Of a stretch of 64,000 nucleotides of DNA, positions 43,520 through 55,807 are shown in pieces. A model generated the notes under the pieces. The model worked only from the letters and a program-made list of their open reading frames with translations. It had not been told where the DNA came from and ran no database searches. The DNA is from Eledone cirrhosa (lineage: Eukaryota): the NCBI GenBank assembly GCA_964016885.1, contig OZ024747.1:93310001-93374000 (forward strand), read 5' to 3'. The position numbers and the translations under genes are program-made. Every line of letters begins with the position of its first letter. Positions within the stretch are counted from its first letter, which is position 1.

Positions 43520-44300
43520 TTTAGGATTTGCAAAAGGTTAGCTTAGGGCTATTTTTTTCTTTCTATGGTTTAGTTGATAAGAAGGGCTAGGACCCATAAT
43601 TTCATAGAACGTCCTGGGCTGGTGAGGGCAATATGCTTAAGTTTCAGCTTAAAAATCTGTATGGTGACATCTGCAGGAAAGATATGGGTGGGGATGAAAT
43701 TATGGATGATATATGAAGGAAGGGATTGTCAAACTGATTAGTGTGTCCCTGTGGATGAGACATGGTTGGAACAGCAGATCTGTAGATCAGTAACTGTCGT
43801 ATTAATGATGATAGTCTTCATATGTTTATTTGCTTGATAACCTTCATCTGTTTGCTTGCCAAGTATACTTGCCGTCTAGCTTCTCTTCAAGCTGCTTGAT
43901 ATTCTTCCCTGCGCCCTTCTTCCTTTCATTTTTTTCCAGAATTCTCTCTTAACTGTTATGGTTCTGTCTAACATATCATTCTACCACAATGTTACCTTCT
44001 ATCTGGCTGGAATCTTGCTCTATCCACAGATCTCGTGTCTGGCTTACTGCATGTTATCTTAAAGAAATTCCCAGTTTTTTTTATAAGATATAGGTCTCTA
44101 TCTCCTCCTCATTCCTGGAAGTGTGTCACCTCACCTAGTATGTTTTTTAAACCTATCTGTTTGAGAAATCTCCTAATCCGCATTCCTTCTTCCATTACCA
44201 GATTGTCGAGTATATCTGAGACCATCTAGCTTATTCAGATGTCTTTAAACATTGGACAATATTGGGTGGTACAATCTTCACCAGAGAAAGACTTAGTAGT
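43520..44300 (-). mobile_element. Degraded RTE fragment (APE-RT linker)
   Basis: Matches the EARRQVYLA-encoding segment (gccaagtatacttgccgtctagcttc) and the RRVTWW region of the other copies. Confidence 0.65.
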
Positions 44301-44620
44301 CACACCCATATATTTGATATAATGGACACATGTGGTGCTTTACATGTACAAACATTAAATCGCTCAATATAAATACGCATATGTCTTTATGTGTAAGTAA
44401 ATAGATTTCATGAAGTGCATACGATAGTATAGTTTCATGCAAGTATACGCGGTGGATGTTATCGTGACACCAGCTCTACAGAGACTGTTATATCCGGGGT
44501 ATGACTAAAGAGTCCACCCTAACTTACACACACACACACATATAACAATATTTGTTTCAACACACGATTTCATATCAAAAACCTTGCAAAACAAATACAT
44601 CACCGTAATATATATATATA

Positions 44621-44729
<109 letters not shown>

Positions 44730-44744
44730 ATGTATGCTACTGGT

Positions 44745-45320
44745 AATATGTATCCCAGTACAACCTGTCTCATGGTGGGGTCGTTGGCGACTAAACTGGC
44801 AACCCCACCAAGGTTTCTTGGTGAGGAGGGTGACTTTGGACATCCTGCAGGACTAAAAACAAAACCTGTCAAAGGGCAAAGGAGCTCTTAAGAGTCAATG
44901 GCAATCCAAAATCACCGGGAGAGATGACCCCTTAGCCTTTGTCAAGGCAGAATTCTAGGAGAAGGAAAACTCTGATATAACAACTCTGATATAACAACTC
45001 TGATGGTATCCAATGATGTTGACTTGTTCTTCTTTTTGGTAAATATCATCTTGGTTAAGAGAGTGGGACTAGCTTTGTGCAGTGCCTTTGCTCACTATAA
45101 AAGCTTCACGGCACAGGCATTGCTTTATATCTGGAGTTCTCTCTGCACTTGTCGTCACATGGTACCAAGGGCCCAGCACTATGTGTCAATAATTGTCACA
45201 AGTGTAGTGTTTGTACCAGAGTTTTCAAGTCGCTGGCTGGACTAAAAAGTCACACTCGTTCAGCGCATCGGTAGGAGTTCTCCTACATGGATATAAAGTA
45301 GTGGCCGTACTCGAAAACGA
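44745..45320 (+). mobile_element. Possible 5' leader of an RTE-type LINE (non-coding)
   Basis: Flanked by microsatellites. Contains CTAGGAGAAGGAAAACTCTGA, which I recall from RTE-type 5' UTRs, and GC hairpins at 44776-44826. Confidence 0.3.
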
Positions 45321-45374
45321 GTTGGCAGCCACCATGTATGTATATATATATATTTGTGTGTGGGTGTGTGTGTG

Positions 45375-45672
45375 TATTCATTTACTATGTCTAAGTAGTG
45401 AGTCTTGTTACACTGGAGTTTCACCTGCACACTCGCAAGTATTAGATCTGTCAACTCTGAGATCTCCCATCCACTTTGGGGTGGGTGAGAGATGTGTTCT
45501 CTTGTGAAAATGGGTATAGCTTTCGTTATGTAAAATCTCCCTAATTTCTCCTCGTTTTGGGGCACTTTTTTTCATGGTACTCCCTGTTTGGGTTTTAGAG
45601 GTTGGTAGGTCTGAAGTATGCAGGTGAAACTCTAGAATAACACGACTCACTACTTAGTCATAATAAATGAAT
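45375..45672. repeat. Inverted repeat with about 58-bp arms
   Basis: TATTCATTTACTATGTCTAAGTAGTGAGTC...GAGTTTCACCTGCA is mirrored by TGCAGGTGAAACTC...GACTCACTACTTAGTCATAATAAATGAATA. Confidence 0.75.
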
Positions 45673-45802
45673 ATTCAAACTCTACTTCAGTACTGAGTAT
45701 TCTTTTCTTTCATCGGTCAACTACAAATATGGAGAAACATGTATAAGGAATTTAAAATGATTTAAAAGCTAATTAATATATATATACGCACACACACACA
45801 TA

Positions 45803-45893
<91 letters not shown>

Positions 45894-46530
45894 GAAAGAT
45901 AGAGAGAGGGGGACACTGAAAGTCTCACTCACACTCAAAATACCATCAACAAATAGTAACGCGTCAACACACATACATGCATAAACGTACACACGCATCC
46001 ACGTAATCCTTATTGTAATAATATCAAAAAGTCAAGATTTCGATTTAATCAATCAATGCTTTAATTGTTGAGAAACTAAATTCATTGAATTTATGATTTC
46101 AAAAGGGGCTGAGACTGCTGGCAAAATGTAGTGGTAGGTGAGCAAGTTAACTGGAGTGAGGCGAGGTGTCATTAGAGAGAAGCCTGTCTCTCTTATATAG
46201 TTTGCACTACCTGCTTGCAATATATCAAATAAAGGAGCATATAACCTCTCTTATAAAGCTTGCACTACCTTCTGCTATAGTAGTGAAAAGGGGATATATG
46301 TACTTTATCATCTCTATTCAGCTAGATATGTCATTGTAGCCCTATTGCGAGAGGAGAAGAAAAGGGGGATAAATGCATAAAGAAAAGAAAAGATATTAGG
46401 GAAAAAGATATATAAGCAAATTAATTGCATATTTCTGCGTATAGGTACCAATTTGTAATATCCATTTTATATACTTATATATCTGTATATCAAGGGTGCT
46501 GCAATGTATCTCATGTGCGTATGTATTGTG

Positions 46531-46582
<52 letters not shown>

Positions 46583-46626
46583 TTCAAAATATTAATAAAT
46601 ATAGACATTCAACGTAATCAAAATAT

Positions 46627-46690
46627 ATTTTATTATATATATTTCGGAGGTATTGTGGTGTTTTTTCAGTACATCCTCATCAGATAAAAT
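46627..46690 (-). ncRNA. Type I hammerhead ribozyme candidate
   Basis: ATTTTAT-CTGATGA-GGATGTA...TACCTCC-GAAA-TATATA-TA-ATAAAAT, with a 7-bp stem I. Confidence 0.7.
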
Positions 46691-46752
46691 ATATAAATTG
46701 ATGTGTGACATACATCAATGAACCTTGTTTAACTTTTGGTTATATATATATA

Positions 46753-46854
46753 CAGGGTGTCTCCAAAAATAATATGTACACACCTTGATTACCTGTACAG
46801 GCAATATTTATTAGAATGCTATTGAAGTGTGTATACATTTTTGGGGACTCCATG
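46753..46854. mobile_element. Tc1/mariner-derived MITE, about 100 bp
   Basis: TA-CAGGGTGTCTCCAAAAA...TTTTTGGGGACTCCATG-TA imperfect TIRs. Confidence 0.7.
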
Positions 46855-47159
46855 TATATAGAAAGAGAGAGAGGAAGAAAGAATGAGAAAGAGACAAGGA
46901 TATAAATGTGTGTGTGTATGTATATATATCAATATCATCGTTTAACATCCATTTTCCCTGTTAGCTGTGTGTGTATATATATGTGTGCGTGCGTGTGCAT
47001 ATTTGTTTCTTTGCATCTATCAGCTTGTCTATCAAGAACCACTGGTGCCTTGTTTTAGTTAAGTGACCAGCTGTTTTTAACCTTCCCTTTCTTTATAGAT
47101 ATACAGTATATAGAGTACTTGACTTTCTATTGATATATATATATATATATATATGTATG

Positions 47160-47193
<34 letters not shown>

Positions 47194-47205
47194 TGTATGC
47201 ATGCA

Positions 47206-47264
<59 letters not shown>

Positions 47265-47348
47265 ATAATAATAAATTTGAAGATTAAAATCCAAAGAGGG
47301 CTTGATAAGGATAAATATATATCAAATATATAAGAACCCTAGAGCAAA

Positions 47349-48064
47349 TATTTATTAAAATAACAGATTAAAATTTAAGCAAAGAATCGCTGCTTTCACC
47401 CTTAACGGGATCTTCTGAAACTAAAAAAATCAATCTGTGAATGCAGAAGTAAATATTTCGAAAAACGTTGCAACCGAAGGAAAACAGGAAGACGATACTT
47501 TGGTTTATGAAGACGTTCCCTGGCAATGAACGGAAAAAAGCGAAGATAATACGTCATTATCTGGAACGGTGAGAACAATTACACGCAAAGACAAAACCAC
47601 GTTTATGGCATAAATGAAGTCGTAGACTAATATTCTATTTAGGAAACCGATTGATTCTCGGCTTCAGAGTTAAGAATAAAGTAAATAAATCAATAGAACG
47701 AAAATGACAGAGGTTATTGAAATCAACAATAATTAAATATATACATACACACATCCATATATGTACATACATCTGCATACGCGAAAATACCCACCATAAT
47801 AGAATATTAGTCTACATGGTTTTGTCTTTGCGTGTAATTGTTCTCATCGTTCCTCATAATGACGTATTATCTTCGCTTTTTCCCGTTCATTGCCAGGAAA
47901 CGTCTTTACGAACCAAAGCATCGTCTTTCTGTTTTCCTTTGGTTGCAACGTTTTTTGAAATATTTACTTCTGAGTTTACAGATTTTTTTTAGTTTCAGAA
48001 GATCCCGTTAAGGGTGAAAGCAGCGATTCTTTGCTTAAACTTTAATCTGTTATTTTAATAAATA
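47349..48064. repeat. Long inverted repeat (about 270-290 bp arms, about 160 bp spacer), Penelope-like
   Basis: 47349-47640 mirrors 47798-48064. The arms carry a degenerate hammerhead-like CAGAAGATCCC(GTTAA)GGGTGAAA, and a related solo end lies at 52520-52580. Confidence 0.85.
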
Positions 48065-48086
48065 TATATATATATATTTATGTTTG

Positions 48087-48125
<39 letters not shown>

Positions 48126-48279
48126 ACCTCTCCAATCCCCATCCTACATACACGTACCACACTCCCTCCATCCCCTCATTTTCCACATCTGATATACCTC
48201 TCATTCAATCCATGCATTCAAGCATGGAAAGCTGGACACTCTCTCCCACAGTGCTGCTGAAATGGCTAAAAGCTACTCT

Positions 48280-48650
48280 GTAAGCTGGTCATGCTGGTGA
48301 CAAAACAAAAGCCCCTAGTCCACTATGTAAGATGCTCATGCTGGTGACATAACAAAAGAATATCCAATCCACCTTGTAAGGTGGTCGTGCTGGTGACATG
48401 ACAAATAAACATCTAGTCCACCCTGTAAGGTGGTTGTGTTGGTGACACAACAAAAATCACCTAGTCCACCCAGTAATATGGTTGCATTGGTGACACAACA
48501 AAAAGGAAATAGCCCACCCTGTAAAGTGGTTGTGTTGGTGACAGAACAAAAAGCACCCAGTCCAACCTGTTGGTTGGTAATTTTGGCGTCACAATAAAAA
48601 GCACCCAGTACTCACTGTAAATATGGGTGGTGTTAGGAAGGGCATCCAAG
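48280..48650 (+). repeat. Diverged minisatellite (about 47 bp, about 7 units) from the RTE 3' UTR
   Basis: AGTCCACCCTGTAAGGTGGTTGTGTTGGTGACAC units ending in GGTGTTAGGAAGGGCATCC. Similar reverse arrays lie at 42770-42960 and 62850-63130. Confidence 0.8.
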
Positions 48651-48782
48651 TTTGAAGCGAGTTTCATCATTGTCTCAAGCTGCTGAAAAGACCTTACTGG
48701 ATATAAATTCATAGTGAAATAAAATACATATGGATGTGATTACTCATGCTGTACTAAGGTAAAGGATGAAATATTTATAAAT

Positions 48783-48854
48783 ATTTCATCTGATGAGCAT
48801 ACTGGACGTTTCTGTTAGTATCTTCTAGTTTCCTGAAACCTTTGGTTATGGAAT
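48783..48854 (+). ncRNA. Type I hammerhead ribozyme candidate with a long imperfect stem II
   Basis: ATTTCAT-CTGATGA-...-GAAA-CC(TTT)GG-TT-ATGGAAT. Stems I and III pair. Confidence 0.5.
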
Positions 48855-48948
48855 AATTATATTGTGTTATTTATTATGTAATTAAATAGCTCTGTACTAT
48901 AATTAGAGCACTCTTCTTTCCTTTACCTTTTCTACGGAAATACATAAC

Positions 48949-48999
<51 letters not shown>

Positions 49000-49225
49000 A
49001 GTAATATATGAGGTTATAGTATAATAGTTCACTATTTTCATTGGTAAAATGAGTTAAACTTAATGCTTAATAAAGCATCTATAATGAAGTAATTTTACTG
49101 ATATCTGTTTTTTCTCTCCACAAGTGATAAGATACTCTAGCCACATTGAAATGCCTGTAGAAATGTAGAAATAAATAATAATAATACTAATCCTTGGTCT
49201 TATTGAATTTTGAATTATATATATA

Positions 49226-50485
49226 TATTAACCTGGCTAAGACCAAAGTACTAGTTTGTAGGAAAGAAAACAAGGCGGCGGTCCCTTCTGGGAAATGGTC
49301 GTGCTCGGTGTGTAGGAAAGGCGTAGGTAGAAACTCCATTTTATGTCCTAAATGCAAAGTATGGGTGCATAAAAGATGTAGTGGGATCACAGGTAAGCTA
49401 ACTAAGAACATAGATTTTACATGTGGCCGGTGTTCTGGTGCAATAAGTAGCAGCAAGTGCCCACAAAATACTAGCTCTTTCAATTGCGCAGAGGGTTCTA
49501 TAGAAATAGTGGACAGCTTCCGTTACCTGGGCGATAAAATCAGCAGTGGGGGAGGGTGCTCTGAAAGTACTGTAGCTAGAGTCAGAACTGGTTGGAAAAA
49601 GTTCAGAGAGCTTATACCACTATTAGCTGCTAAAGGGTTCTCCCTAAAAATGAAAGGCAGGTTGTACGATGCCTGCATACGAACAGCAATGCTGCATGGC
49701 AGTGAGACCTGGGCATTGTGTGCAGAGGATATACGCAGACTAGAGAGGAACGAAGCTTGCATGCTCCGCTGGATGTGTAACAGTAATATACGTGAACGGC
49801 AAAGCATAAACGAACTAAGGAAAAAATTAGAGATAAGAGGGATCAGATGTTGTTTACTCGAGAGAAGGCTACGTTGGTATGGACACGTGATGCGCATGAA
49901 AGTCGATAGCTGTATAACAAAGTGCAGGGCAATAAAGATAGACGGTAGTCACGGAATAGGCAGACCTAGAAAAACCTGGGACGAGCTGATAAACTCCGAC
50001 ATCACACACTTACACCTCTCCAAGACAATGTCACTGGACCGAGACCTTTGGCGGTACTCAGTAACAGAGAAGACCCGCCTTACCTAAATATATAGTAAAA
50101 CCTACTCCAGCCAGTAGGCATCTCTAACAAAATACACCCCGTCCCTCCACCACCACCCCCACCCCATCCACACCACCCCGTTCTATGTAAAGTTATGTTG
50201 GTGCCGCGCCATCGAGGCCGAAACAAATGAGATCGTGTAGGTGTCACGACAAAAAAACACACAGTCCACGCTGTAATGTGGCCGTGTAGGCAACACGGTA
50301 AAAACCTCCCAGACCCACACTGTAAATGTGGTTGGTGTTAGGAAGGGCATCCAACTGTAGAAAACCCGCCAGATAGTCCTATGCGAGCAAGACAATCACT
50401 CTTGCCTCAAGTGGGACTACCCCCGTCCAAACCCATGCAAGCGTGGAACACGGACGTTAAACGTTGATGATGATGATGATGATGA
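49226..50485 (+). mobile_element. RTE subfamily A 3' fragment with an open frame
   Basis: ORF 49194-50087 is nearly identical to the C-terminal half of 4312-6258 and ends in a (GAT)n tail. Confidence 0.95.
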
Positions 50486-51067
50486 TACAGTAGTAGACAA
50501 GAATGACAAAACATCGATGGGCTGAGAGAAAAACAAGCCATTGGAGGGATCAGATGCAGTATACAAGAGAGAGAGAGAAATCTGAGTTTGTATGAAGGAT
50601 GAGAATTCCATAGAGAAGAACCCAGCATGGGAAAATGAATGTTAAAATGATGTTGACAATGGTAATGATGTCTCTCAGCAAATATTTAAAAATCAGCTGA
50701 TAAATACCAGATACATATGGAGTGTAGACAGACTGACCAAGTGACAACCTATTGAATGTAGACAGACTGACCAAGTGACAACTACCGTCATCAACCTTGG
50801 TGACATAATTTAGTTCTGAACTTGTAACAACATTACTGAGATTGTTGTTGATGTTGTTGTTCATAGATAACTAGAGTATGTTGTATGTGTGTGTATGTAG
50901 TGGCCAAAGGTAACAGCACAAACCAGTTGATGAAAGGTTGTCATGCCCCCATCATCTTCTCTACCTCTCCAAATTGTTTGTAAAATTAATGCATACACAC
51001 TGTATATGTACAGTTGACATCTAATCTACAAAGTTTGTCCATTTAAAAACAACTATGTACTCTACTT

Positions 51068-51433
51068 CAACGGTTACCAACCGGTGGTCTGAGAGAAAAT
51101 TTTTCTGCAGAAAAATTTTGACATTATTTGCAATTTTTATATTTTATTAATAATATAACAAAAACATTTGGTTAAAATATATTTTATAACACCCCTAAAA
51201 AATGTTTCTCCTCAGTAAAGAACTAACATCCATGAAACAATTTTACACATATGTATCATCTATCGACAATATGACACATATACGCTTCAGTACTGTTTAA
51301 TAAAATGGAAGCTCTCTGATCATTATTTTACAAATGTATCCTATCTTTTGAAAAAAAATTCATATTAGTGATCCACGGGATTTAAAATTAAGAATTTAGT
51401 GGTCCATGAAGTCCAAAAGGTTGGCGACCACTG
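51068..51433. mobile_element. hAT (Charlie-like) MITE
   Basis: TIRs CAACGGTTACCAACC / GGTTGGCGACCACTG with a perfect 8-bp TSD CTCTACTT (51060-51067 and 51434-51441). Confidence 0.88.
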
Positions 51434-51784
51434 CTCTACTTTATTAGTCAATATTCACAGTGTCTATCTAATCAACGCATTAATACACCTTGCAGTCGAT
51501 ATTATTTAAAGCTATGTCCAACCTTTACTAGAAGGGAAAATGTACATTAAATGATGATGATCATCATTATCATTATTTGTCCAGCTTACACCTATTGGCT
51601 GTATGCTTCCAGTTGATATCTGCATGCTATGTTTATCTAGTTGAAATCTATAAACTGTCTCTTTCAGATAAATATCTATCATGAGATCTATGACATACCA
51701 TACATACTCTTGAGCCATCTCGTCTCTATCTTGAGATCTACATAGTAAATTATCTGCTAAATATTGGTAAACATGTCCTCCACA

Positions 51785-52121
51785 TGAATTTCTTTCTTCA
51801 CAATTTTCTTAATAATACATATTTTGCAGAGATACATTTTCAAAGATGAAAACTACGATTATTTTGATGAGAATAATTATTGTTTTGTATGCAATTCATA
51901 GTCGCTGCAATGATATTACGTTCCTCCTGTAGAAAATCTATAACATTTTCTATTTTTTAACAACAGGAAGCTGGAAGGTATAAATGAAAAATTTCCTAGC
52001 TTATGTTTAGCCAATTTTAAAAAAAACCCATTTAATTGGGATTTATATCTTCTAAATTATATCTCTGCAAAATCTTATAGAAATATGCATTATTAAGAAA
52101 GTTATGAGGAAAGAAATTCAG
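51785..52121. repeat. Inverted repeat, MITE-like
   Basis: TGAATTTCTTTCTTCACAATTTTCTTAATAAT...TTTTGCAGAGATA is mirrored by TATCTCTGCAAAA...ATTATTAAGAAAGTTATGAGGAAAGAAATTCA. Confidence 0.6.
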
Positions 52122-52621
52122 AAAGTGGCAGCACAAATTTCAGTTATGATTTTATATGTCCTGCAAGATAGCAAACATATTCAAAATATCTAAATCAATC
52201 ATTGAAAATCATTTGCAGAAATTATCTTCTACTTCAATTAAATGCATGGCAGGAGGTTTGCAAAATGGATCGGATCATTTGCCAACCCCCAAATCCTAGC
52301 GTGGCTGCTTTATCTTTTAAAAAATCTTTCTTATAAATGGAAAAAGATGGCCAGTTGTCGAGCAATCACAACGTGTACACATAGAGATTTCTTCAATTTT
52401 AGCCAGATGCTTAGATTCTTCTATTGAATGTGATTATCTAAATTGCAGGCTTACTAAATTTTGCAATATGATAGTGCTAAGCCTGGCTAACTTTGATGAG
52501 GTCATATATATATTATTAGTACAGATTAAAGTTTAAGCAAAGAATTTTTGCTTTCACCCTATTACGGGATCTTCCAATTTTGGTCTTTGTAATTATTATT
52601 ACTATATATATATATATATAT

Positions 52622-53890
52622 ATCCCCTGCTAACAACAAAAGGTTCTTCCCTATGAACGAAAGGTCGGCTGTATGATGCCTGTGTACGAAGTGTGATGCT
52701 GCATGGTAGTGAGACATGGGTAGTGAATGCAGAGGACATGCAAAGGCTGGAGAGAAATAAGACAAGCATGATTTGATGGATGTGCAATGTTAATGAGTGA
52801 GAATAAGAAAGCATGGATGAACTGAGAGAGAAACTGGGTTTAAAAGGAATCAAATGTAATAATAATAATAATGAAATTATTGTGTACAGTGCTCAGGTGC
52901 ACTACAACTCATCAAAGGTGCATGTATAGTACATAGAATAATGTACAAATGTCAGGAAAATGAACAGTGTATGAGTCATGATATAATAATAATAATAATA
53001 ATGAAATATTGTGTACAGTGCCCAGGTGCACCACAACTCATCAAAAAGTGCATGTACAGTACATAGGGCAATGCACAAACATCAGTAAAATGAACAGTGC
53101 ATGAGTCATGATACACACGTGTGCATGTGTATGGAAGGGGTACATCAGGTGTAGTTTTGGTGTATTTCGGGAAGCATGAGTGTCTTAAAGGATGCAGTGT
53201 CTCGGCAGCTAACAACTGACGCAGGCAGTTTGTTCCATGCTTCAGCAACTCTGAGCGTGAAATAATGTCTACGAAAGTCATGGGAGCTGTGCTGTTTTCT
53301 GATTTTGTAGGCATGTCCACATGTGTTAGACACATGGAGATCAAAAAGGTGCTCAGGGTTGCAATTGGCGAGATAGTTAATAACTTTGTGGGTATTCACC
53401 AAGTCCATTGCCAGACGTCGGAGCTTCAATGAATCCATGCCCAGGGAAGCAAGGCGTTCAGAGTATGGTAGGTGTCTGATGGAGGGTATGCGCTTGGTTG
53501 CACATCTCTGAACAGTTTCCAGGAGGTCAATGTTCTGAGCAAGATAGGGGTTCCAGACTGATGATGCAAATTCCAAGTGTGGTCGTACCATAGCTGTATA
53601 CAGTTTTAAATAGATGTAGTGTGCAGGAGAGGAGACTGCATTGGTATGGACATGTGATGCGCATGGATGATGATCACTGGGTGAAGAAATGCCAAGTGAT
53701 CCTAGTGGAGGGAAGCTTCAGTAAAGGAAGACCTGGAAGGAAGTGGTGAGAGCTAATCTCAGATTTCTGAAGCTCACAGAAGTGATATCAAGGGAATATG
53801 ACAAGTGGAGAGATGTTGTATGGAGAAGGACCCACCCAACTTTCACAAGTGTGGAACAATGAACATAAAATGGTGATGATGAAGATGATG
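52622..53890 (+). mobile_element. Degraded RTE (C-like) fragment split by a CR1 insertion
   Basis: [18 protein letters not shown] lies at about 52667-52720. The frame resumes after 53615 ([24 protein letters not shown]). Confidence 0.85.
52859..53614 (-). mobile_element. CR1-clade LINE 3' fragment with a duplicated 3' end and (ATT)n tails
   Basis: ORF 53145-53591 contains VRPHLEFASSVWNP, LETVQRCATK, YSERLASLG, LRR..DL and FTLRVAEAWNKLP, the typical CR1 ORF2 C-terminus. Confidence 0.9.
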
Positions 53891-54133
53891 ATATATCTAT
53901 ATATATTTATCACAACAAAAAGCTCCCAGCCCACACTGTAAAGTGTTGTGTAGGTGTCACAACAAAAAGCACCCAGCACATACTGTAAATATGGTTGGCA
54001 TTAGTAAGGGCATTTAGCTGAAGACACCTTGCCAGAAACAGTTCTGTATGCGCAATACACAGTCACCTGACCCAACTTGTCTCAAACAGGACAACCCGTC
54101 TAACCCATGCTAGCATGGAAAATAATGATGATG

Positions 54134-54164
<31 letters not shown>

Positions 54165-54298
54165 AACACACATATATAAACGTAATTATATTTATATATA
54201 TATATACATACATATATATATATGTAAATATATATATATATATATACACACACAGGCTTATACATATATTTATGCATATGTGAGTGGGAGTATATATA

Positions 54299-54735
54299 TG
54301 TGTGCATGGTAGTGAGACATGGGCGGCAACTGCAGAGGATATGCGACGGCTGGAGAGAAATGAAGCAAGTGTGCTCCGATGGATGTGCAATGTCAATGTG
54401 CGTGAACAACCAAGCATGGATGAGTTGAGAAAGAAACTGGGAATAAGAGGGATAAGTTGTGGTGTGCAGGAGAGAAGGCTGGAATGGTATGGACATGTGA
54501 TGCGCATGGAGGATGACCACTGGATAAAGAAGTGCCAAGAAATCCCAGTAGAAGGAAGACGCAGAAGAGGTAGACCACGTAAAACATGGGCGGAGGTGGT
54601 GAGAGCAAACCTCAGATCACTGAAACTCACCGGGGAGATAACGAAGGACCGTGACAAGTGGAGAGATGCTGTGCTGAATAGGACCCGTCCCACCCTTGCA
54701 AGCAGGGAAAAGCGGACGTAAAATGATGATGATGT
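54299..54735 (+). mobile_element. RTE subfamily C 3' fragment
   Basis: ORF 54284-54721 ends [12 protein letters not shown], followed by (GAT)n, as in 13263-13712. Confidence 0.92.
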
Positions 54736-55807
54736 GTAAGTGCATATATGTATATATAAATATATGAACAAGACAAGTTCAGCCGACTGGAGACTGCCCA
54801 CAACAGCACAACCCGTCTAACCCATGCTAACATGGAAGAACAGACGTAAAACGGTGATGATGATGATGATATATATATATATACAAACACATACCTACAT
54901 CATATATATGTATTTGCTGTGCGTGTGTGTGTGAATACCCATTTGAAAATAATTTCAACTTAATAAAAAGCTGGTCAAGGGTCATTTGTGGAATTCATAC
55001 AATTACAAAATATTGTCAGCTGTCTAAGTATTTGAAAGTTTTAACATAGTTCTAGAGCCTCTGCTGATGGATTAGTTTCACAAAGGAAATTAGGTCAATA
55101 AATATTGTTCACTGATGAAATATCTTTTACTTGTCAGGGGCACAAGGTAAACACTTTACCAAGTTTATAAACAAAATTTATTCCACACACAGCACCACCA
55201 TAAATGAAAGTTAAAGGTCTTCAACCTCGTGTTCCCAATGGACAAGATGGAGAAGACATATCTAACAACCCCCCCCCCCCACCACCACCACCGGAAAATG
55301 GCAAGGGAGACTACTGGAATAGCCACTCTATTCCACACATGCCACCACCATAAATGAAACTTAAGGCTCAGCCAGCCTTGTATTCCCAATGGACAGGATG
55401 GAGAAGACATTGCCCCTGGAAAATGCCAAGGGAGACTACTGGAACAGCCACTCCATCTTGTGGGGCTTGTACTTATGGGTAGCCAACTCCACTCCGATAG
55501 TAGTGAGAAGGGATGTGGTCGTGTAGGCGTCATGACAAAAAGCACCCAGCCCAGCCCACACTGTAAAGTGGTCATGTTGGTGACACGACAAAAAGCACCC
55601 AGTACTCACAGTAAATGAGATTGGTGCTAGGAAGTGCATCCAGCTGTAGAAAACAAGCCAAAATCAGTTCTGTATGAGCAAGACACGAGCACCTGACCTA
55701 GCATTGCTCACAACATGGAAAAATGGACGATAAATGGTGATGATGATGACGACGAATAACATCCCTCTTTCAATATAATATAATGTTTCATTTTCTATAA
55801 ACATTAT

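Noticed and set aside
44776-44830. HDV-like ribozyme in a putative LINE leader
   Set aside because: Hairpins are present, but I could not build the nested double pseudoknot.
55060-55100. Other hammerhead-like strings (also about 36255, 57840 and 61823)
   Set aside because: Core nucleotides are mutated or the stems do not pair.
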